Shown: positions 12,692 through 24,088 of the stretch, piece after piece
How the letters are laid out: every line of letters starts with the position of its first letter
Numbering within the stretch: position 1 is the first letter of the stretch
Notes under the pieces: generated by a model
What the model was told of the DNA's origin: nothing
Seen by the model: the letters and a program-made list of their open reading frames with translations, nothing else
Databases searched by the model: none
Position numbers and translations under genes: made by a program
Source: Gigantopelta aegis
Lineage: Eukaryota
Direction: 5' to 3'
Assembly: GCF_016097555.1 (NCBI RefSeq)
Contig: NC_054701.1
Span: 67,224,366 to 67,288,365 of the forward strand
Length of the DNA: 64,000 bases

Positions 12692-14965
12692 CATGCACGA
12701 TGGAAGTTGGAATGGGGGGCAACAGATTTTTGTATACTTGGTATTAATTTCTCAGTTACCTTGGAACATATCATGCATCTAAATTATAATATTAAAGTAC
12801 TGGAAATTAAAAAATTAATGAAATTATGGTCCATTAGAAAATTAACGGTTTTGGGGAGAATAACTGTCCTTAAAATCGTAATAATACCCAAGCTAATATA
12901 TTTGCTAATATCATTGCCAGACCCAGGGAAAGGTTTAAAAAAAATATATATATAACGACGCTATTTCATAAATTTATTTGGCAGAATAAACCAGAAAAGC
13001 TCAAACGTGATTTAATAGCACAAGGTTATAAAGCAGGGGGTATTAAAATGTTAAACATATATCATTTTAAAACCTCGTTAAAATTTTCATGGTTACGGAT
13101 ACTGTTTTTAAACAATTCAAAGTGGGTTACCCTTTTCAAATCCGTTACAGGTATCTCAAAGAACGATTTAATAATATATGGTGATCCTTTTATTTCTAAA
13201 AAATGCAATGAGATGTCAAACATGTTTTGGAATGATACATTACTGAGTTGGATAACTACTGAACAAAAACATAAGCCACAATCTGTAGATGATATTTTAT
13301 CAGTTAACATTTGGCATAATAGTGAAATAGTTATAAATCATAAACCATTTTTATATAAACATTTTGCCCAAAAAGGTATAATCTTCATGAACGATTTAGT
13401 AGATGATTATGGAGAATTTTAAAAGAAAAATATCATGTTAATTCAAATTTCATTAGCTATGCTTCACTAATAAATGCTGTGAAATCATTCATATCAACAT
13501 TTACTGATTTTAGGATGATCGTTTCAAAAAAGTGAATAATCCAATTTTCCCTTTTAGGTTAAGACTTGTTTTGAAAAGTAAACAGGGATGTACGGACATG
13601 TATTGCAAACTCAACCATAAACGCATAATCCCAAAAGCGCAGATAAAATATAGAAATCAAGGATTTAATTTTGACTCAAGTGATTGGAAACAATACTATG
13701 AATTACCTTTCCAAAGCATTAACGATACAACTTTATTATGGTTTCAGTATCGTATCCTACATCGGATTTTAGCAACAAACACTTTTTTATATATATGATT
13801 CATTATGTAGATTCTAATATGTGTATATTCTGTAATAACTTCCCAGAAACTCTACAACATCTATTCTATGAATGCACTCAGGTTAATACTTTATGGAAAG
13901 CTGTAGAAGACTGGGTTTTGTCCAAAACAGGAATTGTTGTCCACCTTGACAAAAATATTGTTATGTTTGGTATTATTAACAAAAAGAACGTTAATATAAT
14001 TAACTGGCTAATTATTAAAATTAAATATTATATATACTGTACGAAAATGCAAGAAGAAAAAAACAACTATCGCGTCCGTTCAAAACGTTTTGCAAAACAA
14101 ATTTGAAATTGAGAAATATATTTATTTCAATAACTGCAACTATGAAAAGTTTAATAAAGAATGGGCACAATGGCTCAACCTTTTTATATAGTGAAAGAAA
14201 GAGAAACAAAACCCATTACACTTAGATAACGATCTACTCAAAGGAAAAACTTTTTGTGATAGCATGTTCATATAACATTCCAACACAGGCCCGACTGTTG
14301 TTCCTGTTATTATCATCAGTTTAATTCTGCTTCGTTACTCATCATCAACTTTAGGTTTTTCTTTCTCTTCTTCTTCTTCTTTATCTTCTTCTTCTTGTTC
14401 TTCTTGTTTTCCTTGTTTTTCTTCTTCTTCTCTCGTTGTTACCCTTTTTTCTTTTTCTTTTTTTAAAGTCCTGGACCATAAGGCGTGTATAAAAGGAAGT
14501 ACTATTTTATTTTGATTTGTATCTGCATATATCAGAATAGAATGTAATGTGAGTGCGTACGTGCGTGCGTGTATGCGTATGTATATGTGTATGTTTGTAT
14601 ATATGTATGTATGTTTACACATGTATGAATATTAATTTAAAGATAAATTGTAAGGCGGTGTATCAGGGCTACCCAACCCTGGCACTGTCTAATGGTCTGG
14701 GAACAATAAAAAAAATCGTTTAAAAAAAAGAAAAGAAATCAGAGCCCCATGATATGTGTGTGTCTTTGTTATTGTCTGAGAGTTGGATAATTGCTAGTTA
14801 TCATATGATATACGTAGATAAATAATATGAAAGGAGAACTTAATAACCGCCACCCATCCAGTTGCTGGCATCTCAGACTTTTATATAGAACTCGACTAGT
14901 TTCTGTGAAGAGAACTGGATCACTGGAAGAAAATAACTTTAAAAAAAAAGGTATATGAACTGACC

Positions 14966-15132
14966 GTTTCGAAGTCGTGGAAGCTGTGTGACTTGTAAAT
15001 CTGGGCGTCCTCTAGCTGTCTGTCGTCCGAGTTCATGAGAATCTGTCGGTCACCAACCAACTCGGCGTGTTCTTCGATCTTCAGGACATTCCCATCGTCC
15101 GTCCGCAGTTCTCGAGTCCACCTGGCGATGGT
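14966..15132 (-). CDS. Candidate internal exon on the minus strand. Encodes TIARWTRELRTDDGNVLKIEEHAELVGDRQILMNSDDRQLEDAQIYKSHSFHDFET
   Basis: A GC-richer island of about 55% GC. Minus-strand acceptor tactacag| with its AG at plus 15133-15134. 56 open codons. Possible donor ACG|gtcagt. Confidence 0.3.
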
Positions 15133-15178
15133 CTGTAGTATTTAGAAGAGGTAATAAATGAGAATAAAACAGAATGTT

Positions 15179-15345
<167 letters not shown>

Positions 15346-16257
15346 ACATGTTAAATAAATTTATGAATTTCTCTTTTTTTCCCCACTCATATTTTTATTT
15401 TGTATATATATGATTGTGCTATAGAATATGACCACATTTCGGGAATATCTAATATAATGTTTAAACAGTAATTCAGGAGTGTAAGACAGTCAAGTATTGA
15501 TTTAAAAAATAAATATAAAACACCATACCTCGCCATTTGGTTTACAAAAACAAACTCCAACAAAAGCGCTAACCAACAACAACTTCAACATATTTCTTCT
15601 GCGCTGGAACCGGTGTATAAGATGTTTGTTTTTTTCAAAGGTTTTCTTTCCTAAAGATTAATCTTGGAAGCGTCTTTATTTATACAACTCGGTAGGAAAT
15701 ACGTCATTAAAAACATCCTGGGCACAACAAAAATAATAACTATTTAAAAAGAAAGAAAAAAAATTGACCCAGAGTCTTTAACCTGTAAAATATTTAAGTG
15801 GGATGATTCGATTGTAATCTGTATTCTCGGGAAATAAAATAAATATATATTTTGACCAATCGAGAAACGATTACCTTTCTATTGGCTGGGTAAACGTCAA
15901 AAGAAGGTCAGTTGTTCAAAACACCCGCCGGGTGTATTTACTGTATATCGTGTGCGACATCAGAAAATAACACTACCCTCTCTTCTCTAGCGTCACCTTT
16001 ATGACTATTGTCATTGACGTATGAAGGATTCTGAACCATATGCATGCTTCTCGCTCCTTCCACATACCGTGTAGGAGTCGGTCCCCATAATCGCCAAATG
16101 CGAAAAACATATGAAAGTGGCGACAAAATGATTAATGTGGCGAAAGTCTCTGGCGAATTTTTTTTTTATGAGACCCCCCCCCCCCCCCCCCCCCAAATAA
16201 ACCCAACTCAAAACAAAAACAACAAAAAAGAAGTTTTAAATAAGAGCCCAGCTTTAT

Positions 16258-16545
16258 GTATCCAGTAACAAAGAAGGAAGGAGATGTTTTATTTAACGAT
16301 AAAGTCAACACATTTTATTTACGGTTATATGGCGTCAGACATATGGTTAAGGAACACACAGATATTGAGAGAGGAAACCCGCTGTTGCCACTTCATGGGC
16401 TAGTCTTTTCGATTAGCAGCAAAGGCCCTTTTATTTGCACCATCCCACATACAGGATAGTACATACCACGGCCTTTGTTACACCAGCTGTGGAGCACTGG
16501 CTGGAATGAGAAATAGCCCAATGAGCCCACCGACGTGTTTTTTTG
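16258..16545 (-). repeat. tRNA-derived SINE, family A, reverse orientation
   Basis: The tail motif gaaggaaatgttttatttaacga..ggcgtcagacatatggttaagga comes first. The body matches the + copies at 28905 and 43204. Confidence 0.7.
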
Positions 16546-17104
16546 CAGTGAGGTCTGGTATGTAAAGTCTACCTTCTACATAGGCTACCTTCATGGACTA
16601 CAGGCCCGTAGCATGGTGGACATTATTGGGGAGGGGGTGGGCAGTTGAACGAGCGCCGCGGGCGCGAGTTATTTGGGGGGTCCGGGAGCATGTTCAAATG
16701 TTTTTTGCCCGTTACTGTAACTCTCGCCGTTAATCTTGATCCGTTAGTTTCGCTACAACTTTTACATTCAGTCGATATGTAAATGTTATCCCCCCCAAAA
16801 AAAAACCCCAACAACAACAAAACACAGCCAAAATTATTGGGGGGCCCGATCCCCCTGGCCACCCCCCTGCTACGGGCCTGGGCTACTATTTTATATGCAC
16901 AATCCCCCCAGACAGGATAACACATATCATGGCCTTTGATATGCCAGTCGTGGTGCACTACATGGAGCGAGAAATACATGTATATATATGAAGATTTAAA
17001 TAATGCTTGACATGGAGAATAGTGGTTAAATCGCTTTATTTTTGCATAATTCTTTTGTCTTGACAGTAGGCCTATTTGACCATTTCTACAGTAAAGTAAA
17101 GTAA

Positions 17105-17480
17105 AGTTTGTTTTATTTAACTAGAGCACATTGATTTTTTATCTTATCATCGGCTATTGGACGTCAAACATATGGTCATTCAGACACTGTTTTTTTAGAG
17201 GAAACCCGCTGTCGCCACATAGGCTACTCTTTTACGACAGGCAGCAAGGGATCTTTTATTTGCGCTTCCCAGAGGCAGGATAGCACAAACCATGGCCTTT
17301 GTTGAACCAGTTATGGATCACTGGTCGGTGCAAGTGGTTTACACCTACCCATTGAGCTTTGCGGAGCACTCACTCAGGGTTTGGAGTCGGTATCTGGATT
17401 ACAAATTCCATGCCTCGACTGGGATCCGAACCCAGTACTTACCAGCCTGTAGACAGATGGCCTAACCACGACTGGTCATT
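17105..17480 (-). repeat. tRNA-derived SINE, family B, reverse orientation
   Basis: Reverse complement of the 27455-27840 copy. It ends with the head ..cctcgactgggatccgaacccagtacttaccagcctgtagac. Confidence 0.7.
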
Positions 17481-17734
17481 TCTACAGTAGTCCGTGTCAT
17501 AAACAGGCATACATATAATGTTCAAAATAAGTAGGGGATATTCAAATATAACAACATATAACAGAAATGTATTAATTTTTATTGCAATATTAATTAATGG
17601 TAAAACACAAGTACTCATGTGACAAAGGATTGGCATTAAAGATTATAGCCAGGATAGTGATGTAGGTCCGGAGGAGACACAGATAGGCAACAGGGGTGGT
17701 GCTCGTCAATTTGACGTGTTCAATATTTGCACTA

Positions 17735-18275
17735 GTAACGGGTAAAACCCCCGCAGTTCGCAAAGCACACACGAATCCGACGTGACATGCTCCTGATTAA
17801 ACGTGCAATAATATTTTGGGAGAACCTGTCCCATTCCTCTTGGAGAGCGGCGCCTAATTCAACCAAGTTGGTTGACTGACGTTGATGTTGACGTTCTCGG
17901 AGACGTCGTCCGATGATGTCCCACATGTGCTCAATGGGTGAAAGGTCTGGGCTTAGGGCTGGTTACGGTACGGGTAGTTTTGATGTTCTATATTGCTGCA
18001 GATACGTAGTGACCAAAAGACTCTGGTGAGCACGGTCGTTGTCGTCCTGAAAAATAAAATGGCGTCCAGCCTGACGTGCGAAAGGCACAACGATCGGTGC
18101 AAGGATGTTGTCCCAGTGACCCTCCCATGAACAATATGCAGCTAGGTTCTGGCAGTCATGGTGATACCACCCCACACCATAACGGACCCTCCTCCAAATC
18201 GGTCATGAGGACGGACGGCGAAGTGTACATTGGGACGTCACTAGACACGCTGTCGTCGATCGTGGAAGTCTAGTG
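17735..18275 (-). mobile_element. Tc1/mariner transposase remnant: the C-terminal DDE part only, truncated and frameshifted
   Basis: Minus ORFs 17963-18175 (..FQDDNDRAH..) and 17732-17926 (MWDIIGRRLRER..LIRSMSRRIRVCF..) match Tc1 transposase C-terminal motifs. Confidence 0.7.
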
Positions 18276-19243
18276 TGAATCTATTTTTTTTTTTTTATTT
18301 TTTTTTTTTATTATTATTTTTTTTTTATTATTATTATTTTTTTTATTTTATTATTATTATTTTTTTTTTTTTTTGGGGGGGGGTGGCAAAATTGGGCAAA
18401 ACGGCCAATTACCTTTGTGTACGATATGTCGTACCTTCTCTCCCTTCGTGAACAATCTTTAAATATTCAAACAAACCAAACGTAAAAAGGACAGAAAAAA
18501 AAAGAAGATAAAAATTAAAGTTTCTTTTGTTTAACAACACCACTAGAGCACATTGATTTAATATTTAACAAGGCACAATATTTCACGCGAACCGTCACGC
18601 AACATTAAAATCATGCGAATCACCCATTGGAACGTTTACATTCTAAAATTATAAGTTACAAACTTCGGGATCATCGGAATTTTATTAGCTATGCAAATAC
18701 AACTACCAAATACTGGGCTATCTAAATGAAAGTCAATCACGTACATGAGGCCGGATAGCACAAACCATGGCAATTGTTGAACCAGTTATGGATCACTGGT
18801 CGGTGCAAGTGGTTTGTCCCCAACCCATTGAGCCTTTCGGAGCACTCACTCAGGATTTGGAGTCGGTATCAAGATTAAAAGAACAAAGAAATAAAATAAA
18901 AAAAAAACTTAAGGAAAAAAAGAAAGAAAAGGAAAGAAAGAAAAACAACGAAAGAGAGGAGAAATGAATACGGTGGGGGTATTTTCGTCCTTGGAGAACC
19001 AGAGTACACCGGTATGTAACTGACGTCAGTGTGGTAAGTGAAATACCTCGCTGGTGATTGGATGATATATATTTATACATCCTTCTTGTTTACCTTCACC
19101 GAAGTAATCGAAGTGGACTTTTCAGGTGGGTGGATATTTCCCTCTCATTTGCACAACCTACAGTTAATACACTTCACTGTGTCACATTTTCACCTTTACA
19201 TTCTCACCTGCACTATGATGTGAATAAAACCTTTGAGACTAAT

Positions 19244-19277
<34 letters not shown>

Positions 19278-20136
19278 AGATATATTTGTAATTTGTCACA
19301 AAAGGCAGGTCTATAACGTGTATTATATAAGTTATTGGTAAGTTGTACTACCACCATACCCATTATTACTTTAGCACCGACATTTGTCATTTAAAGTAAT
19401 CAAATATATTATATGAAAATTAAGTATACTAAGTAATATTTATAAACCTCATAAAAACAGGTCATGTTTGTTCAAAGACTCGCCCACTACTGTTCTGATA
19501 ACGTATTTGGGGTCAAGGTATGTTGTTTATTCAAGCGTGACTAAAATGGCTATAGGCCTAACACATACCACTTACAATGTATGTCCTTGCATACTAGTCT
19601 ATGTACGTCAGTAAAACACACATATCAAGCGCGGTAACTAGTACTGTAGTTAATACATGTAATTACGGTTGTAACACAAGCATGGCGAGTGTAAACCTGT
19701 TTCGTATCGATTGTTTAATGTTAAAGTTTGTTGATGGTAGTTGCTATTGCAACCAAGGCCAAGTCACTAATTGTTACCGACCATAAACATGAATATGCAT
19801 GTGTATATAATGGTGCTCCACCCGATTAAATATGTTAATGAAAATTAATACTGTCAGCATTTTAAAAAGTAAAGTGTAAAAAAAATCAGTAGATTAATTT
19901 ATTACATTAACTAATATTGAATGAGGGGTACTGAGTAACAGCTAGGGCAATTGGTTTATTGCTATACTTTAAAACTTAAAAAAACTATATAAAAAAAACA
20001 AACACCGTCCCCCCAAAAAACCCCAAAACAACCCCCCAACAAAACAATCTCCCCCCAAAAAAACCCCAACCCAACCAAACAAAAAACAAAACAAACCAAA
20101 CCACACACCCTCCAACAACCAAACAAAAGAAAGAAA

Positions 20137-20455
20137 GAAAGAAATGTTTTATTTAACGACGCACTCAACACATTTTATTTACGGTTATATGGCGTCAGAT
20201 ATATGGTTAAGGACCACACAGATATTGAAGACTGGAAACCTGCTGTTGCCACTTCATGGGCTACTCTTTTCAATAAGCAGCAAGGGATCTTTTATATGCA
20301 CCATCCCACAAACAGGGTAGCATATACCACAGCCTTTGATATGCCAGTAGTGGTGCACTGGCTGGAACGAGAAATAGCCCAATGGGGATCAATCCCACAC
20401 CAACCACGTATCGAGCGAGCACTGTACCACTGGGCTACGTCCCGACCCTGCAAAG
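20137..20455 (-). repeat. tRNA-derived SINE, family A, near full length, reverse orientation
   Basis: Runs from the (TTC)n tail to the tRNA-like head. The head reads gggtcgggacgtagcccagtggtacagtgctcgctcgata on the reverse complement. Confidence 0.75.
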
Positions 20456-20689
20456 TTTGAAGTGCACTTAACCATAAATTACCAAATCTATAGGAATTGG
20501 AGACAGAATTACCTCGTGCTATTTTTGTAGACTGCACTGGCTTCAGAAATAAATGGAAGAGAAAAATAAAAGATAGGCCCTAACAGCTACTCTTTTCGAT
20601 TGGCAGCAATGGATATTTTATATGCCTAATAGGCCCACTGACGGGGATCGATCCCAAACCGACCGCACATCCAGCGAGCGCTGTACCAC

Positions 20690-20725
20690 TGGGCTACGCT
20701 TCGACCCCACAACCAAACAACATCC

Positions 20726-20817
<92 letters not shown>

Positions 20818-21019
20818 TTGGGATTTTAAAACAAAATAACCTCAGTGAGTAACAGTATAGTATTGGTATTAACACTAACCAAGAGGAGTTATTATGTACT
20901 TCCTTTTACGTTTGGAGTTAGTACTTGTGTTTAATTAGTATATATGTGCGACTTACACTTGGTCTAAAGACTAACTAATATTGCTTAAAACTCTTCGACC
21001 CCACAACCAAACAACATCC

Positions 21020-21072
<53 letters not shown>

Positions 21073-21255
21073 TGTTGGGATTTTAAAACAAAATAACCTC
21101 AGTGAGTAACAGTATAGTATTGGTATTAACACTAACCAAGAGGAGTTATTATGTACTTCCTTTTACGTTTGGAGTTAGTACTTGTGTTTAATTAGTATAT
21201 ATGTGCGACTTACACTTGGTCTAAAGACTAACTAATATTGCTTAAACATATGGAG
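20690..21255. repeat. Tandem duplication of about 290 bp, 2 copies. Each copy carries a (TA)n microsatellite: (TA)42 and (TA)20
   Basis: The blocks cttcgaccccacaaccaaacaacatccccatatata.. and ..aaactgttgggattttaaaacaaaataacctcagtgagtaac..cttaaa each appear twice in a row. Confidence 0.85.
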
Positions 21256-21484
21256 TCTTTTACGGTCACTTTCTCACAAAGAGGATATACCAGGGCTGAG
21301 TTCAGCCAGACCGAACAGAAAAACGTCCGCTAGGCTGGAATATGCGCTCAACAGTAAACCAAATGGCCACGTCAGGAACCAAACAAATAATTCGCGAACG
21401 TAAGCGAAACGTTTGCTGGCTGAACTTGGGGCAGGCGTGAAGGACTGATTGGAAAAAAAAAAAAAAAAAAATAATAATAATAAT

Positions 21485-21515
<31 letters not shown>

Positions 21516-22339
21516 TTATAATAATAAGAGAAAAAAGAGACCCCCCCCCCTCCCAATCCCCCAAACTACAACCACAACACTACAATAAGTCTGCCCACCA
21601 TTATTTTGGTATCGATTCCATGACCAACCCCACCCCACAGCTGGAGAGAAGTAAAGGGGATGTTTGTTTAACGATACCCTGCTTTAAAACATTGTTTAAT
21701 CAAATGCTATTAAATTTCTAATATATGGTAATGTATGTGAGACAAGAAATCCGATATGGCCACCTAGATTCACCCTACTGGTTATAATATAGTAAGCTAC
21801 AGGGGCGGATCTACGAACGATTCTACGGAGGGGACTAACGGGAAAAGGGCATCCCAGTGAAGGCGCGGGTGCAGAGGGTGGCTTTTCAGGGTCAAACTAC
21901 ACCTCTACTCAAAACGAGTCGTAGCTAGCTAGTGGGGGTGGGGGGTGGGGACAAAAAATCCGCAAAGCATTATAGAAACTTAAAGAAAATTCTCTTCTTA
22001 ACCGTTTAAGGAGTTTTAGACAATTAACTCCCTTCTCCCCCCAAAAAACCCCCCCCTAGCTACGGCCCTGTTTTTTTTTCAATATATTTTCCAGATGAGC
22101 ACGACTTGAATCCCCTAGAAACTCCATTCAACAGTCCAGACCCCCCCAATAGTTTCCTGCACACACGCCTGCAAGGGAGAAAAAATAAAGAGGGGGTAAA
22201 AGGGGGGAATAGGGGTAACTTCGGACTTTGGTATCTTCGGCCTGGTAACTTCGGACCCGAGTAATCTCGGCCCCAGGTAATCTCGGACCCCATCGGCTTA
22301 GTTAAGAGGAATTCCGATGACATTTTTCTACTGGTTTCG

Positions 22340-22600
22340 ACGGCGCAGTGCCTAAGCAAACGTCGGTCTTACAAGAATGACAGGTACAGGGTTCGCATCC
22401 CGGTACCGGCTCCAGCCCAGAGTGAGTTCTTAAGGGCACAACGGGTAGATGTAAGGCCACTACACCCTCCTTTTTTTCTCATTAACACTCTCAATAACAT
22501 ATATCTACTAACAATTAACCACTGAGGTGTGTGCCATAACAAGTGTGCTTGAACCGTAATTGAATATAAGCACGAAAATAGTTGAAATGAAATACGTTTT
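22340..22600 (+). repeat. tRNA-derived SINE, family C, inserted inside the TIR element
   Basis: Head ..cagggttcgcatcccggtaccggctcc.. and tail ..cttgaaccgtaattgaatataagcacgaaaatagttgaaatgaaat. Confidence 0.55.
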
Positions 22601-22785
22601 TTCATTTTATGGCATATGCAGTTCAAACGTTCATTTCAATACGCATATTTCTCCAAAAGTATGGGACATATACCCAGTTGTTGTTTGTTTGTTTGTAAAA
22701 GGTTTAACGTGTGTATATACCACGAGAGTTTCACACACGCCTGTCCTGGGCTTAATCTCTGGCCTTTGCCAGTGAATAAGTCCAG

Positions 22786-22787
22786 GA

Positions 22788-22826
<39 letters not shown>

Positions 22827-22830
22827 TTGA
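22786..22830. repeat. (G)45 homopolymer
   Basis: Read directly. Confidence 0.95.
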
Positions 22831-23209
22831 GTTTGAAATGGTCGGAATTTGGAATAAGTATTTAGTAGCGTCCAGCGACTGCGCGGACCGACTAGTAGAC
22901 ACCGAAAATGGGCCATGTTCTGATTGGCTGAATTTCGATTCCTTCGGATCTAACTAGAAAAATCTAAGTCTACGGAGAATAACTACACCTAACATCATGT
23001 CCGGACTAAGAATTTAAACCCAAAAATAAGTTAGACTGCTCGGCCGAAAAGGTTTTACGGTGATTTGAGCAATTGAGCGGGCGCCAAAGTAAAATGCGTT
23101 GGACTATTTATAAAAAAATAAACATGAAAATTTTGAAACTCGATTGAAAAATGTTTAAAGTCCAACTAAGCCCAAAAAGGAGGTTACCTGTCCTAGTTAA
23201 GGTTGGCGT

Positions 23210-24088
23210 CTACGGGGAAGAGATGATGTAGTCTTCGTTGAAGTGGGGCACCAACTTCCTGAAGTTGTGGCCCCATAGGCATTGGGCCAGTGGCAGGTAC
23301 TGGGCGCCGGCGATGATCTTGATGATCCTGTGGACGGTGTGGTTGTCCATCTCTTTGTAGAGGATCCCCTGTCTGTACAAGCCATCCCGGCGTGAGGTGA
23401 AGACCAGGACCTGTCCGATCCCCCGTAGATCCCCAGGGTGGATGGCGATCTGGTTGCCATCCGGGAAGGTCTTCCTCTTGGATCCCGCCTGGCAGTTTGT
23501 TGGGATCCGAGACGTCACCGATCACGTACTTGACGTACTGACTCTTGATTTTCCGTTTCGCGAGCTGCCACTCTCTGGAAGAAGCAGAAGGCCGCGTCTT
23601 GGCTGGTTGGTCCCCCGGGGGGGGGGGGTCACGGCCTTCCGCTTAGCAACTCCAACATCCAATGCCGCCGTCGCGGAGTCCCCCGTGGGTGGGGGTCTCG
23701 ACGCAGACACGCGACGGACGAGGACAGGTGAAGCAGGCCGTGGTGCACTGGGTAGTTGCTCCTCTTTCCGCTTCTGCACAGTCGGTGCGGCTGGTTGGCA
23801 AGTCGCCTCCTTTCGCTCCGTCTGGATTGGTCGTGGTGGGGGCAGCGACGCAGACGGGACCGCCGCTGGCGGTTGAGCCACCAGCTTTGTCCCCGCCTGA
23901 GCTGTCCCTGGCGCACGTTTCTTCTTCCTTGTCCTCTTCCTCTTAGTTGTGACCGCGTCACCGTACACCAAGGTCACGGTTGCCCGTGACCCGGTGTACG
24001 CGACGCGGTACTCCAACAGCAAGCCATAGCTAGCCATCAATCCCCCCAGGTGGGGGGGGGGGGGGGGGGGGTTAGGTCGAGAAAGCAC
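23210..24088 (-). CDS. Hypothetical protein encoded inside the TIR element. N-terminal half is basic and Pro/Ala-rich (..TTKRKRTRKKKRAPG..). C-terminal half reads ..FPDGNQIAIHPGDLRGIGQVLVFTSRRDGLYRQGILYKEMDNHTVHRIIKIIAGAQYLPLAQCLWGHNFRKLVPHF..
   Basis: Two same-frame minus ORFs, 23522-24088 and 23210-23518, are separated by a single TGA (plus tca at 23522-24). The island 23190-24090 is about 65% GC against about 35% in the flanks, so long ORFs in every frame are expected and confidence is low. Confidence 0.3.

Larger units (their letters stand above)
10424..14220 (+). mobile_element. Degraded non-LTR retrotransposon (LINE), L1/Tx1-like. Layout is apurinic/apyrimidinic (AP) endonuclease, then reverse transcriptase, then a C-terminal Cys-His zinc finger, with several stops and frameshifts
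   Basis: The endonuclease domain ORF 10424-10840 (LNCQGL..CLQDTHF..GDFSI) continues out of frame to about 11100. Reverse transcriptase motifs follow: KSPGSDGFTADFFKFFW (11742-12053), QTGFIKGRYIGENI and FVDFEKA (12037-12246), QGDPLSPYIF and QYADDT (12113-12691). A C-terminal CX2C..HX4C motif lies at 13816-13890. Confidence 0.8.

Noticed and set aside
14335-14622. Minus ORF encoding a Glu/Lys-rich peptide (..EEEEKQGKQEEQEEEDKEEEEEKEK..)
   Set aside because: It translates a (GAA/CTT)-rich low-complexity tract. There is no start or splice context.
20203-20460. ORFs of 60-100 aa lying inside SINE copies (also 16256-16459, 27534-27779, 31222-31513, 48356-48652, 17439-17772)
   Set aside because: The same peptide recurs wherever the SINE recurs (..DHWSVQVVYTYPLSLAEHSLRVWSRYLD, ..MASDIWLRTTQILR..). 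This is repeat-derived and not protein-coding.
23397-23989. Multiple overlapping ORFs on both strands in the GC-rich island (for example 23397-23876 +, 23629-23961 -, 23662-23946 +)
   Set aside because: At about 65% GC, stop codons are rare in all frames. Only the longest same-frame minus pair is reported, and that at low confidence.
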